Under the pieces are notes generated by a model. It saw nothing but the letters and a program-made list of their open reading frames with translations. It made no database searches and was not told the DNA's origin. From Lama glama (lineage: Eukaryota), in NCBI GenBank assembly GCA_028534125.1, contig CM052816.1, positions 32,800,001 to 32,864,000 on the forward strand: a DNA stretch of 64,000 bases, written 5' to 3'. Position numbers and translations under genes: made by a program. This document shows positions 11,274 to 48,693 of the stretch, piece after piece. The stretch's first letter is position 1; the number at the start of each line of letters is the position of its first letter.

Positions 11274-12845
11274 ATTTGAAACGGACTTTTAGCTTTTCTT
11301 ATGAATTAATGCTGGTAGAGGAGATAAAGGGAATAAAATGGGTAGTGGAAGCTTAGTTTGAGCCTGAAACAGGAAACAGTGGTTAAATCCTCTTGGAGGT
11401 CTATAAACAGCCAGTCTGTAGATCATATTCTCTTAATCACATATTGTAATTAAACTATTCAGTCCATTACTAGTTTGTTGAAGTATGGAAAGTCCTGGAG
11501 TTTACACTTTAGATTTGCTTATTTTGAAGACTTAAGAACATTATTTTAATTGGAGTTCTAAAATTAACAATGCTTTAGCACCTTGAGATACACTTTTTGT
11601 TTTCAAGAAACTAAATTGGATTGGTGATTCTGACTTTCTTTCAAAGCCATATGTTCTAAAAGTGATGATTTTGTGTAAAATTTAAGAGATTCCTTATCCA
11701 GCCATATGTTTTTGCCTACTGAGCATCTCTTGGGGAACTGCCTTTTCTGATTCCATATGCTTCTAGAAGGGCTGTTAATTACAGGACTGCGTCTTGACCA
11801 CAGGATATGACCCAAGCCAGGCCAGTCGATTATTTCTCGTGAATTAAACCTGGAGTAGAAACACAAGTACAGATGGTGATGGGAGCTAAGAGAGCTAATG
11901 GTCTACAAATTGAACTGTCCTGATTCCTGTCTTCCTGAGGCCTGTGTAGCTCTTCTGTGAATTGTATAAGCTGCCTCATATCCTCCTTTTGGTTTTTATT
12001 GCTTGAGTGCAGACAATTCCAACTGATTACAAAATAAACGAAACCAGAGTTTCAGACCTTTAAAAGAGGTTACACACCCAGATGATCCATTGTGTGCGGG
12101 AAGAAGTATTAGAATTGCTACTTTAGTTTTTTCTCTCTAACGTTTTTTGTTAATATGTTTTATAGTGAACATAATAGTAGAGCAGTTTATATATTTGACT
12201 TACAAATAAATACTGGGTTGCAAAACATGATTCATGATTCTTTGGAAAAGTTTCTCACTTAGGAATGTGTTTGGCTGTGTAACAGAAAACTCTTGTTTAA
12301 GTGACTCATTGTTATTTTTTTTCAAATAACATGAAACCCAAAGATTATTATAGATGTTGGTTCAGTTGCTCAGTGATGCCCTCATATCTTTCTACTCCAC
12401 TATCCATGGCATGTTTCTAACATACTTACAGTTGTTGCAAGCTTGTAATTGGGCTGATGCCACTTGCAGACTATGAGTTTCACCAAAGGGATATCTGGCT
12501 GAGACATTTTGGGAGAAATTGCCAGGATCAGAGATGTTTTCTCTTAGGCTGATCTCTTTTCCCCAGAGAGGAGTCTGAAAAAGCTGCCATGAGGCTGAAG
12601 ATCTGGGAGCCTACTGGGAGAAGACAGAGTAGGGGAAGTGGCTCTCAGTATTTAATCACTCAATTCTGTTTTTAATGCATTTCCCCTCCCTTAACTCTCC
12701 TTGTGTCTCCTACTTTAAAGATCCTCTTACTATCCCCAGAGGATAAACCTCTAGTCTTTACTTGAATGGGAATAGGGTGATTCTTTGTCACACACTCCTT
12801 ACTTTAGTTCCCACCTAACATTAAGATGCTCTTTGCAGTTATTTT

Positions 12846-13081
12846 TTTTTTTTAATTGAAGTACAGTCAGTTAAATGTGTCAGTTTCTGGTGGACAGCAT
12901 AATGTCCCAGTCATGCGTATACATAGATACATTCGTTTTCATGTTTTTTCCATTAAAGCTTATTACAAGATACTGAACATAGTTTCCTGTGCTATACAAA
13001 AGAAGTTTTTTTAAATCTGTTTTTATATATAGTGGCTAACATTTGTAAGTCTCGAACTCCCAAATTTATCCCTTCCCACCC
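12846..13081 (-). mobile_element. 5'-truncated young L1 3' end with TSD
   Basis: poly(T) followed by aattgaagtacagtcagtt..., the same family as the copies at 26.2 kb and 60.5 kb; TSD TGCAGTTATTTT at 12834..12845 and 13082..13093. Confidence 0.85.
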
Positions 13082-13142
13082 TGCAGTTATTTTGATATTA
13101 GGGATAACTCTAATGAAATCTCTATACCCACAGAGAGTAGAT

Positions 13143-13540
13143 AGGGTAGGCAGAATGTGCCCCCTTCCCGACAAAAAAGAAAAAAAAAAACCTGTGAATA
13201 TGTTAGTTTATATGGCAAAATGCTCTGCATGTGTGATTAAGGATCTTGAGCTGGAGAGGGTAGTCTGGATTATCCAGGTGAACCCAATGTAATTATAAGT
13301 CTCCTTATAAAAGGGAAGCAGAGGTCAGAGTACTAGGAGCTGCAAACAAAGGAACGCACACACCGTCTAGGAGCTGAAAGAAGCAAGGAAATGGATTCTC
13401 CCCTACAGTCTCCAGAAGTAAGAGCCCTGCCAGCCTGTTTCGGATGTCTGCCCTCCAGAACTGTAAGCTAATACATTTGTGTTGCTTTAAGCCACTAAAT
13501 TTGTGGTAGTGTGTTACAGCAGCAGTAGGAAACTAACACA
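13143..13540 (+). mobile_element. MLT1 (ERVL-MaLR) solo LTR, MLT1D-like
   Basis: ggattatccaggtg.acccaatgtaat; gattctcccctacag.ctccaga; ttgtgttgctttaagccactaaatttgtggta; ends ggaaactaacaca. Confidence 0.8.
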
Positions 13541-13599
13541 CCAGGTGAACTAATTTAAGAAACTCCAGACCTTGGAACTCTCGACCTTATTAGTAGTTT

Positions 13600-13995
13600 C
13601 TGCCAGTAGTTCACAACCCTGGCCACGTATGAGATTCACGTGAAGAGTTTTAAAATACTGGCACTGGGGAATACAGTAGATAAATGTCATAACTTCTGGT
13701 AGGGGAGGCAAATACCAGGATTTTTTGAAAGCTGCTCAGGTGACTAATGCGCAACTAGGTCTAAAAACATCTGCATACTAAGTGTAAAGAGAGTATTTAC
13801 CTAACTCAGTGGTTTTATCTCAAAGTGTGGTTCCTGGACCATCCGCATCACCTGGTACCTTGTTGGAAATACAGATTCTAGAGTCCCACCCCAGGCTCCT
13901 GAATCAGGAACTTTGGGGACGGGCCAGCATTTTACCAACCACCCCCTTCCCTTTGACGAGAAATCCTGGTGCGCGGTCAAGTTTGAGAACCATTG
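13600..13995. mobile_element. Two adjacent MER5-type (hAT-Charlie) elements
   Basis: cagtggtt..ctcaaagtgtggt...catcacctgg...ttgttggaaatacagattct...aagtttgagaaccattg at 13807..13995, with a more degraded copy just upstream. Confidence 0.7.
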
Positions 13996-14474
13996 ATTTG
14001 ATCAAAGAACCTCTTTATTGCTCTTAATTCTCTCTGTGTGTTACAAAGAGATTTTATAAGGTAAGGAGCCAGAAAAGCTTTTAATTAAGGTCATTAGCAA
14101 ATATATTTACTTTCTCCTGCTGCATTATATAGAACTGTAATATTTGATGGGTAAGGGTGTGAATTGTATCTGTTACTCTGAATACCATGATTCTGGACAC
14201 ATGTAAAAGCAGATGGTAGATGAAGCTAACCAAAGTACACCCCCGAGAAGTAGGTATTTTTAATAAAATCCCAGGTTCTTCTTTTCTTGGCCTCAAAGTA
14301 TAGAATGATTTGGAGGCACATATAAGAAGTGTCTACTACAAAATACACTTACATGCAGTTATACACCAACTATTACGTTAAGAGAAAGCAGTCCAGCTGA
14401 CCCCCTCCCAGTCAAACATCCAGGTGTAACTAACTGGTTCTCCATCTGGGCATTCGGCTAGCCGCACGCGACTC

Positions 14475-14560
14475 GTGTAGTACTGTAGTATGTATTTATT
14501 GGAGAAAATGCCACATGTGAGTGGACCTGTGCAGTTCAAACTCATGTTATTCAGAGGTCA
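14475..14560 (+). mobile_element. MER8-like Tigger end fragment
   Basis: gtggacctgtgcagttcaaactcatgttattcagaggtca. Confidence 0.6.
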
Positions 14561-14809
14561 GGAACAGTTTAGGTTTCTTTTATATCTAGTGCTAATTATT
14601 GGTAGAAACTTGTTTTGGTTGCTATGTTTTTTTTAGGGAAAGTCTTTCCTCTGACAGGTACTTACCACCAGTGGGAAATTACAAGCCAGGTGAGGAATGG
14701 GGTGCATAAATGGCAGTGTTTAAAATTCAAATGTATATATGCTTAAGATTTTGCTTAAATCATTCTAAATTTTTTAAGCCCCATAAAATAAAATGAAACT
14801 CTAACAACT

Positions 14810-17090
14810 CAGTAAGATAATGGAATTTTATTTACATCCATTTCCATTTAATATATCACATCTTCAGGATAGGTGGTCACTTATTTAAAGGCTATGCTCA
14901 TTTTCTTCAGGCTGTAGGTAGAAGACTCCCCAGAGTAGCAGTAACTGTGGCTCTGAAGCTTTTAGGTAGAAGAATTGTAGGAATTCGTTGACTTTACATA
15001 TCCCTGAAATACCGTTCATGTACAAATAAGTGCTTGTCTTATCACTTGACACAGGCTCAATTAGTTTTTCAAATACTCTAGCCATGGCACTATATTATTT
15101 GGGAAATCTAAAATGAGACAGAATTGCTCAACTCATAACTTCTGTTATTAATATGTACATGTTGAGTGCCAGAAACAGTAACTAAAATTTCTTACAGAAT
15201 GTGTAGGAAAAGCTTACAGAATGTATAGGAATTAAAAAAAAATTGCACTCAGAATTTTCTTAATATTGTAGTTTCTAAACTTACATTAGCCTGTAAGTAG
15301 TTACGAGCAAAATAACTTTTATGCTTCCCCATCTTGCCTGATATTTTGTACACTAAAACTTACATATCCTGTATGCCAACAATCTGACTATATATTCATA
15401 TGCTAGAAGTTGCTGTTTTCATTCTTCTGCCATTAAGAAAGGCATACTTTATTTATGGGGAAGGGGATTTAAATACTCCCAGAGGTATTTTTTTTTAACC
15501 TAAGGCTTGATTTTCTTCCAATAACAACGAATTGTTTACTTTCTAAAAGTTTTTTTTAAGGTAAGTATAATAAGATGCTGTACCATCATCACATCCTCCC
15601 GCCAAAAATAAATGCCTTCATCCCTAGTATAATATTTGGGTGATACTGTCTCTATTTTTGATACCTGTGATACTTTTTACATAATGAGACATTGTTATGA
15701 TTTTACCTAATCATTATCTAAGAGAATTAATCATCTTTATTTGCCTTCAAAATTATTTTACAGGCCTGGATATTTAATTTTGTTAGTTTTGTTATACTCT
15801 TGTTTTAGTTAGTTTAGTCTGGTTCAGAAGGCTCCCAGCAATCCCAGCAGTGTGGTGGGTGTAAAGTTCAGATTCTCCAGTACAGACAAGTTGTCAAGGT
15901 CCCTATAAGCTATTTGGCTAATCAAGTTAGTGACATTAATTTTAACTTTTTGTTCTGTACTTGAACTATGAGGTTATATGCAGTTTATCAAAACAAAGCA
16001 TAAAGATGAAGGCATTTAAATGGACTACAAATGATTCTGTCTTGTAAACTAGGGAAGCCTCTGGTGTTTGACCTTAAAGGCCAGGGAAGAAGGTGAGGGC
16101 AGATTCCTTAACCACTGCCAACTGGATTACGGGTTATATCATACTTCCTTTCATTCTCTGAGACTTGCTCGTAGAGCTTGGTGTCATCATTAGCATGTAG
16201 TTGCTAATGATAAAAACAAGAAGGTACATGTGAATCAGAGGTGGGCAAGTCTCTGGAGGTTCCTTGAACTGTTTATAAAGACTAGGAAAGAAACAAGACT
16301 GAATCAACATGTTACGCAGCTATGAAGGTGAAACCAGGGAGGGTTTCCTCTATAGCATCTTAAAAACAGACAAATCAAAAGTTATCAGCCAATTTTTAAA
16401 AAGCTACAAGACAACATTACTAGTTCAGGATCTGGGAGCATGATGTATGTTTACATTTCCCCATTTATCACTAAACTGCTTTACAAAGCTATTCCACCTC
16501 ATTTTCACTTAACTGTTCATCTGAAACATTATGCATTTGTATTAATTTCCTGAAGTATTATTTTACAGATCACACCAGCACAATGGAACCCTCAGCCTTT
16601 GGCAGGTACTCCCATGAGCATTATGCATGCAGCAGACAGTAACATTTCCCTACATACTTACGCACAGATACATGAAAAACATTTAATACAAAATTGTACA
16701 ATACATGAAGGAGAACCTTAAAGACTATCCTAAAATACACATACAGAGAAAAGGCATGCAGAGAGAGCCCACTGAAGTACAAAGCCTGGGGGGTACATAC
16801 ATTTTTAAGTTTATAGTTCCTGCAGGATGGTAACGTCTTTTCCTACCCTGAAGTAAAATACATTTTCAAAAAATCTGGACACTGCCCATTGCATTAAATT
16901 TAAGTTAAAATGCTCTCTATGTATACAGACTGTAAAAGTAAGCAAAAACTTAAAACACATTCCTTTTTTTAATATATCAAAAATGCTTCCAAGGCAACAT
17001 TATTAAAGTGATTATACCACAGTTCCTAATATGACATCAAGCTCTAACAGAAGGTACAGAGAGGGCAGAACGGTCCATCCAGTCAGTGGT
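14810..17090 (-). other. REEP5: REEP5 3'UTR (about 2.3 kb, AT-rich, no recognisable repeat)
   Basis: Runs from the stop codon to AATAAA at 14832..14827 (- strand), which has a GU/U-rich downstream element. The end position is inferred. Confidence 0.7.
14827..14832 (-). terminator. REEP5 distal polyadenylation signal
   Basis: - strand TGTAAATAAAA (UGUA + AAUAAA) followed by ttactgagttgttagagtttcattttatttt. Confidence 0.7.
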
Positions 17091-43173
<26,083 letters not shown>

Positions 43174-43869
43174 TCAGACTGGTGCAGACAGGAGGTGGAA
43201 AGAAGGAGGCAGGCGGCCTTGTTGCTCCCCCCTGCAAAGTGGTGGGACTGGGTTGATGTGTCTGCTCTGCTGAACTTGCGAAGACATTTTAAATCTAAAA
43301 ATTGAAAAGCATCGCCATCCTGAAAGAACTTTGGTTGCAGAACTGCTTATTCCTTCGTTACCAGAACTCAGCGTAGATTTTCTCACTTACAGATAGTCTT
43401 TTTGAAAAGACCCTGAAGAAACTTAACACACCAGCCTCTGGGGAACACCATTTCCAAGAAAGTACCACACTACTTAAACCTTTTCTTGATGGGCTTGGCG
43501 TTTGCTTGATGTGTGATATCCTGGAAGCGTTTCCAAACCCTCGACGCGGAGACAGTAGTGTGCACTTGCCTACAAGCAAAATTACCCTGAAGAAGGTAAT
43601 TTCACATCTCAGGGCGGGACCTCACTTTTCTGCTCACTCCTATTATTTCAGGAAATTCTTTCTGACTCCTATGATCTGCACCCTGCTGCAGAGTTTTCCT
43701 CATTGCTTGCAGATCAGTTAGTTTAGCATTCACTGGCCCTGAGCACAAACTGGTCCCCAGTACTCTTTCTGTCCTATACAGGCACTCTGATCTTTCAAAT
43801 TGACTTGACAGTACTGCCTTCCACTTCTGCCAAAAATTATCTTGCCCACTCTTAGCCTTTTCCTTTTAT

Positions 43870-44827
43870 GCTAATTTTCCATCCTCTCTTCTTCCCCAGA
43901 CCTTCTTAGTTCAATTCTCTCAGCACTCCTATCATCACCCATGCAAATCACTAACCAGATTAAGCCAAGAGAAAAAAACTGATGTGATTACTGTTAGCTT
44001 CCCCACTGAGCTATCCATTTCTGTCTTTCCACCTACAGTCAATTCTCAGCGTGGCAGCCAGTTGGATCTTTCAAAAATGTGGGTCAAGTTGTGTTGTCTT
44101 TTTGCTCTTAACCCCCCAGTAGCGTCCCATCTGCCTGAAAAATGACCTCAAGGTCATAGATGATGTATATGGTTCATTCTTCTCTATTTCTAATTTCATC
44201 TCCTACTGCCTGCTTCCTTGCCGTGCCTTAAACAAGCCGAGCCCACTCCTGGCCCTGGGCTTTCACTTTTCTTCTATCTTGGTGATTTTGTCCCCCATAG
44301 GATGTGTGGCAATGTCTGGAGACATGTTTGGTTGTCAGACAGATGGTTACTACTGGGGCAGCAAATGCTATCCACCACTGCTAGCGTCTAGTAGGGATGC
44401 TGCTAAACTTCCTGCAATGCACAGGGCAGCCCCCCCAAAACAAAAAATAATCCAGCCCCAAATGTCAGTAGTGCTGAGGTGGCGAAAACCCTCCTCTATC
44501 TAAAACTCCAGATAAGCACTTAACTGTCTCCTCCCATTCGTCAGGTCCTTGCTCAAATGGCGCATCTATGAGGCCCTCTCTGATCCAGAACTGCAACCCC
44601 CAACACTCTCTAACCCCTGTCTTGCTTTATTTTTCTCTGTAACACTTTTTCTCTCTGACATTTTATATGTTCTACTTTCTAGGTTTTTTTTTTCCCTTTC
44701 TCTTCTGGATTATGAGCTCCACAAAGATAGGTATTTTTGCCTATTTTGTTTACTTCTGTATCTCAAACACCTAGAACAATGCCTCATACTTAATTGGTAT
44801 TCAGTAACTGTTGTTGAATGAATGAAT
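43870..44827 (+). mobile_element. L2 fragment interrupted by a reverse-oriented MER20 (about 44280..44495)
   Basis: L2 tail gttgttgaatgaatgaat at 44810..44827; MER20 text ggcaatgtctggagacat..ttggttgtca...ggatgctgctaaac...aaatgtcagtagtgctgagg. Confidence 0.75.
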
Positions 44828-45023
44828 ATTTAACATGCATTGTACTACTCAGTATCTTCAGTGTTTCATGTACTAATTCATTTAATCCTCACAACAGCAT
44901 GGGTAGGAACTACCTGTTTTATCTTCATTTAAGGGAAGGGAATGATGTGCATTAAGGTCTCAAAATTGATAAATGTCAGAGCTAGAATTCAGACAAGACT
45001 CTTACCCCTACAATAAACTGCTA

Positions 45024-45432
45024 ATATGGGTTGAATCATGTCCTCTGCACAAAAGATGTGTTGGAGTCATAACCCCCACTCCCTCAGAACGTGATCTTAT
45101 TTGGAAATAGGGTCTTTACAAATATAACCAAGTTAAAATGAAGTTATTAGGGTGGGCTCTAACCCAATATGACTAGTGTCCTTATAAAACAAGGAAATTT
45201 GGACACAGAGACACACACCCATACGGGAGTGTGATGTGAAGACACACAGGGAGAAGCCAGCCATCTATCAGCCAAGGAGAGGGGACTGGAATGCACCCCT
45301 CCCTAACAGCCCTCAAATGATACCAGCCCTGCTGACATATTAATCTTGGACTTCCGGCTTCCAAAACTGAGACAATACATTTCTGTTATTTAAGCCAGTT
45401 GGTGGTACTTTATCACGGCTCCCCTAGCTAGT
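45024..45432 (+). mobile_element. MLT1 solo LTR (MLT1B/C-like)
   Basis: ttatttggaaatagggtcttt; gggtgggc.ctaa.ccaatatgact.gtgtccttataa; gccaaggagag. Confidence 0.8.
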
Positions 45433-47521
45433 GCAACTGGCTCGCAGAATAACTGCATTTTGAACTTTTTAACCAGTTGTGAGTTTGTATAACTTCCTAC
45501 TAAGTGAGCACAGGAGTATTCATTTGTCTGGAAGTCAGGGTCTTGTTTTTGAGAACTTAAAATGATTCACAATTTGATAGTTTTAATTTTTTTTTTAAGC
45601 CAAGGAGCAATACCTTTTAGGGCAGGTATTCAAATCAGCCTGGATTTTTGTCACTGCATTTCTTATAGTGTTAACATTTGTACTGTATCAACTTGCATGA
45701 AGTATCTGGAAACATACTATTTATTTGGAATTCTTTTGTGTAAATACTGCTCCTTTTCTAGTTTTCTCCAAAGTTAGATTCCAATTTTTTTTTCCCTCCA
45801 TCATTCTTACACTGGTAAGACGAGGCAGTAGAGTAAGGTGTAGGGGGTGTGTGTGTAGAGGACAGCCTCTGGATCCAGCATGTTTGGGTGAAATCACAGC
45901 TCTACCATTTAGCTCTGTGACTTTGGGCTTGTTACATAAGGGCTCAGTGCCTCTCTTCCCTCATCTGCAAAATAAGGGTAACAGTAGAACCAATTTCACA
46001 GGGTTATCACGATGATTGAGTTGCTATTGGTAAAATTTTTGAAAGAGTGCCTGATGCAAAGTGTTTCTTAAATAATTTAAGAAAGAAGAAAAAAACACAG
46101 CTAGATGCTAAAAGTGAGTTAGAGGAAAAGGTCCTTCTTGCTTTTAGGAAATTACAGTCAGGTTGGGGAGTGTGGCATCCCTACAAAGCTTAGATGCTTT
46201 CAGAGTTGAGAAAAGAGACACAAGATAAGAGCTTGGTCTGAGGTCTCAGACTATTCACCTACTCATATTTATGGAGTATATCCTAAATGCCAGACGCTGT
46301 TAGACCTGGGAACCAGACAGGCCAAGTCTCTGTCTGGAAGGCCATGGATCAGGCTGGCCTGAAGCAGGTTGACTTTGGCAGTTCCTAAGAAGGAAGTCAA
46401 ACCATCTTGGGATGATGCAAGTGCTGTTACTCTTTCCTCTAAGCTAGAGAAGAAAATCCTGCCGGAAACCTATGATCAGGTCACTTTTGTTCTCTGCAAG
46501 CTGTTTCTTCAGGTTAAGATAATTTCTTAACCACTTGAAGTCATTAACATATTTTTGTTATAACTCTGATATGTTAGGAAAAAGTTGTAGTGTATAATTT
46601 GCCAGATAAATCTCTTCATTACCTTCCCCTAGCCCCACATATGGCTTTTGTTGGAGCCTGGCACCCAGGAGGTAGCAACCCTTCTCGGTCAGGAGGCTCT
46701 CTGGCCCTGGGGACACAGTCCTCTTGGCACACGTCCCCCTCCCTCTGCTGGAGGAGGCTGGTGGCAACATGTCACTGGAATAAAAAGAGGAAAAGACAAA
46801 GTAAACAAAACCTAAGATACAGACTTGCCAGATGACAAGAGGAAAATACAGAGGCTAAAGATAACTTAAGAAAGAGTATTTAAAAAAATGTGAAAATTAC
46901 CATGCTTCATTGAATACATTTGAATTACAATTTTTAGCCTCTTTTTTCTTAATCTCACATATTTTCTACTGAAAATATGGAAACAGCATTTTATCACGTG
47001 TCTCCATTCATCAAACAAGAAGTTGAATTTTAGAAAATCGCTGCTCACAATTGAGAATAAAGCAACCTGGGAATATCCTTTTGTTTAGCAAAGTATTTCT
47101 ATTCTGAAATTAAATACCATATGTCCTTGTTATTGCACATAAATCTAGAGATATTCATCAAGTATAAACGTGCCCTCTCTCTCACCCTTCCATTTCTCTA
47201 ATAGTGCCTGCACAGGGGACGAATAGGAAGTAAGTCACTGATAGGTTGTTTCTCTATGTTCAAGACCAGTTAGACCAGTTCTGGACAAACCATGGCATTT
47301 GGATTACATACTGGAGTGGTCCTGTGTCCACTGACCCTGGGGTATGGTTCCAACCGCAGAGAACAATCCGGATTCGCCTCATAGCCTACAGGATGGTGTG
47401 CATTTTTGCTTTTCTTTCCATGTAAAAGGTGGACAAGAAAGAGTCAGACAGTTCTGTGCACTTCCCTTTGTGACCTGGCATCAGGGAAATGGACTTAATT
47501 TGAATAAAGGAGCTGACCAGT

Positions 47522-48070
47522 TGTGTTAGTTTCCTATGGCTACTGCAACACATGACCACAAACTGGGTGGCTTAAAGCAACATCAATTTATTATCTTACA
47601 GTTCTTTATGTCAGAAGTCTGACACATGTCTCACTGGACTAAAATCAGTGTGTCCCCAGCAAGGCTACATTCTTTTCTGGAGGCTCAGTGGAAGATCTAG
47701 TTTTTGGCTTATTTGGGGTTTTTGACAAAACTCAGGCTCTTGTGGTTGTAGGACTGAGATTGCCTTTACCTCCCCATCTTCAAAGCCTACAGCAGAGGGT
47801 TGAATCCCTCTCCTACTTCAAATTTCTCTTCCTTTTTCCCTCCATCTCATCTCTGACCCATTTACCCATCTGCATTTCACTTCCGTTTTTAAGGCCCCAT
47901 GGGATTATATTGGGCCCACCCAGACAATGTACAACAATCCCCCTTTTTTAAGTTCTATAATCTTAATTACATATTCAAAGTCCCTCTTGCCATGTGAGGG
48001 GACATATTCACAAGTTCTGGGTATTAGGGCATGGACATATTGGGGGCAGGGTCATTATTCTGCCTGCCAC
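47522..48070 (-). mobile_element. MLT1 solo LTR, reverse orientation
   Basis: ttagtttcctatggct...accacaaactgggtggcttaaa.caac...; ends cattattctgcctgccaca. Confidence 0.8.
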
Positions 48071-48334
48071 ACGAGCTTTACATGGGGGGGTGTCCATAAA
48101 CATCCTCGAGGTCTCTAAAAAGAATGAACATGTTAAGATCAATGGGCAGGTATCGTCCTTTTACTTACGTTGAGGGCCTACCCAGGACATGGCACAAATT
48201 TAATCAAGGCCCAAACCCTGGAGTGGATGCACTGGCTCCATTACTTTCCAGCTGCATGATCTTAGGAAAGTTCTTAGACTCCAAAAGCCCCACTTTCCTC
48301 AGTGTCTGAAATGAAGATAATGTCAGTATCTACC

Positions 48335-48693
48335 TGCTGTAGACAGAATGTTTGTGTCCTCCCAAAATACGTATGTTGAAACCTAATCCCCAGTGTGATG
48401 CTATTTGGAGGTGAGACCCTTGGAAAGTAATTAGGTCATGAGGGTGGGGCCCTCACCAATGGGATTAGTGCCCTTGTAAAAGGTGCCCCAGGGAGCTCTC
48501 TCACTCCTTCCATTATGTGAGGACACAGAGAAGATGGCAGTCCAGGAACCAAGAAGCCAGTTCCCACCAGGTACCAAATCCGACAGCTCCTTGATCTTGG
48601 ATTTCCTAGCCTCTAGAACTATGAGAAATAAATGTTTATCATTTAAGTCCCCGAGTCTATTTCTGTCATAGCAGCCCTAAATGGACTAACACA
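48335..48693 (+). mobile_element. MLT1A-like solo LTR inserted in a MIR
   Basis: gaatgtttgtgtcc.cccaaaat..tatgttgaaacctaatcccca...atgggattagtgccctt...ctaacaca; flanked by ctacc/gtacc with MIR halves on both sides. Confidence 0.8.
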
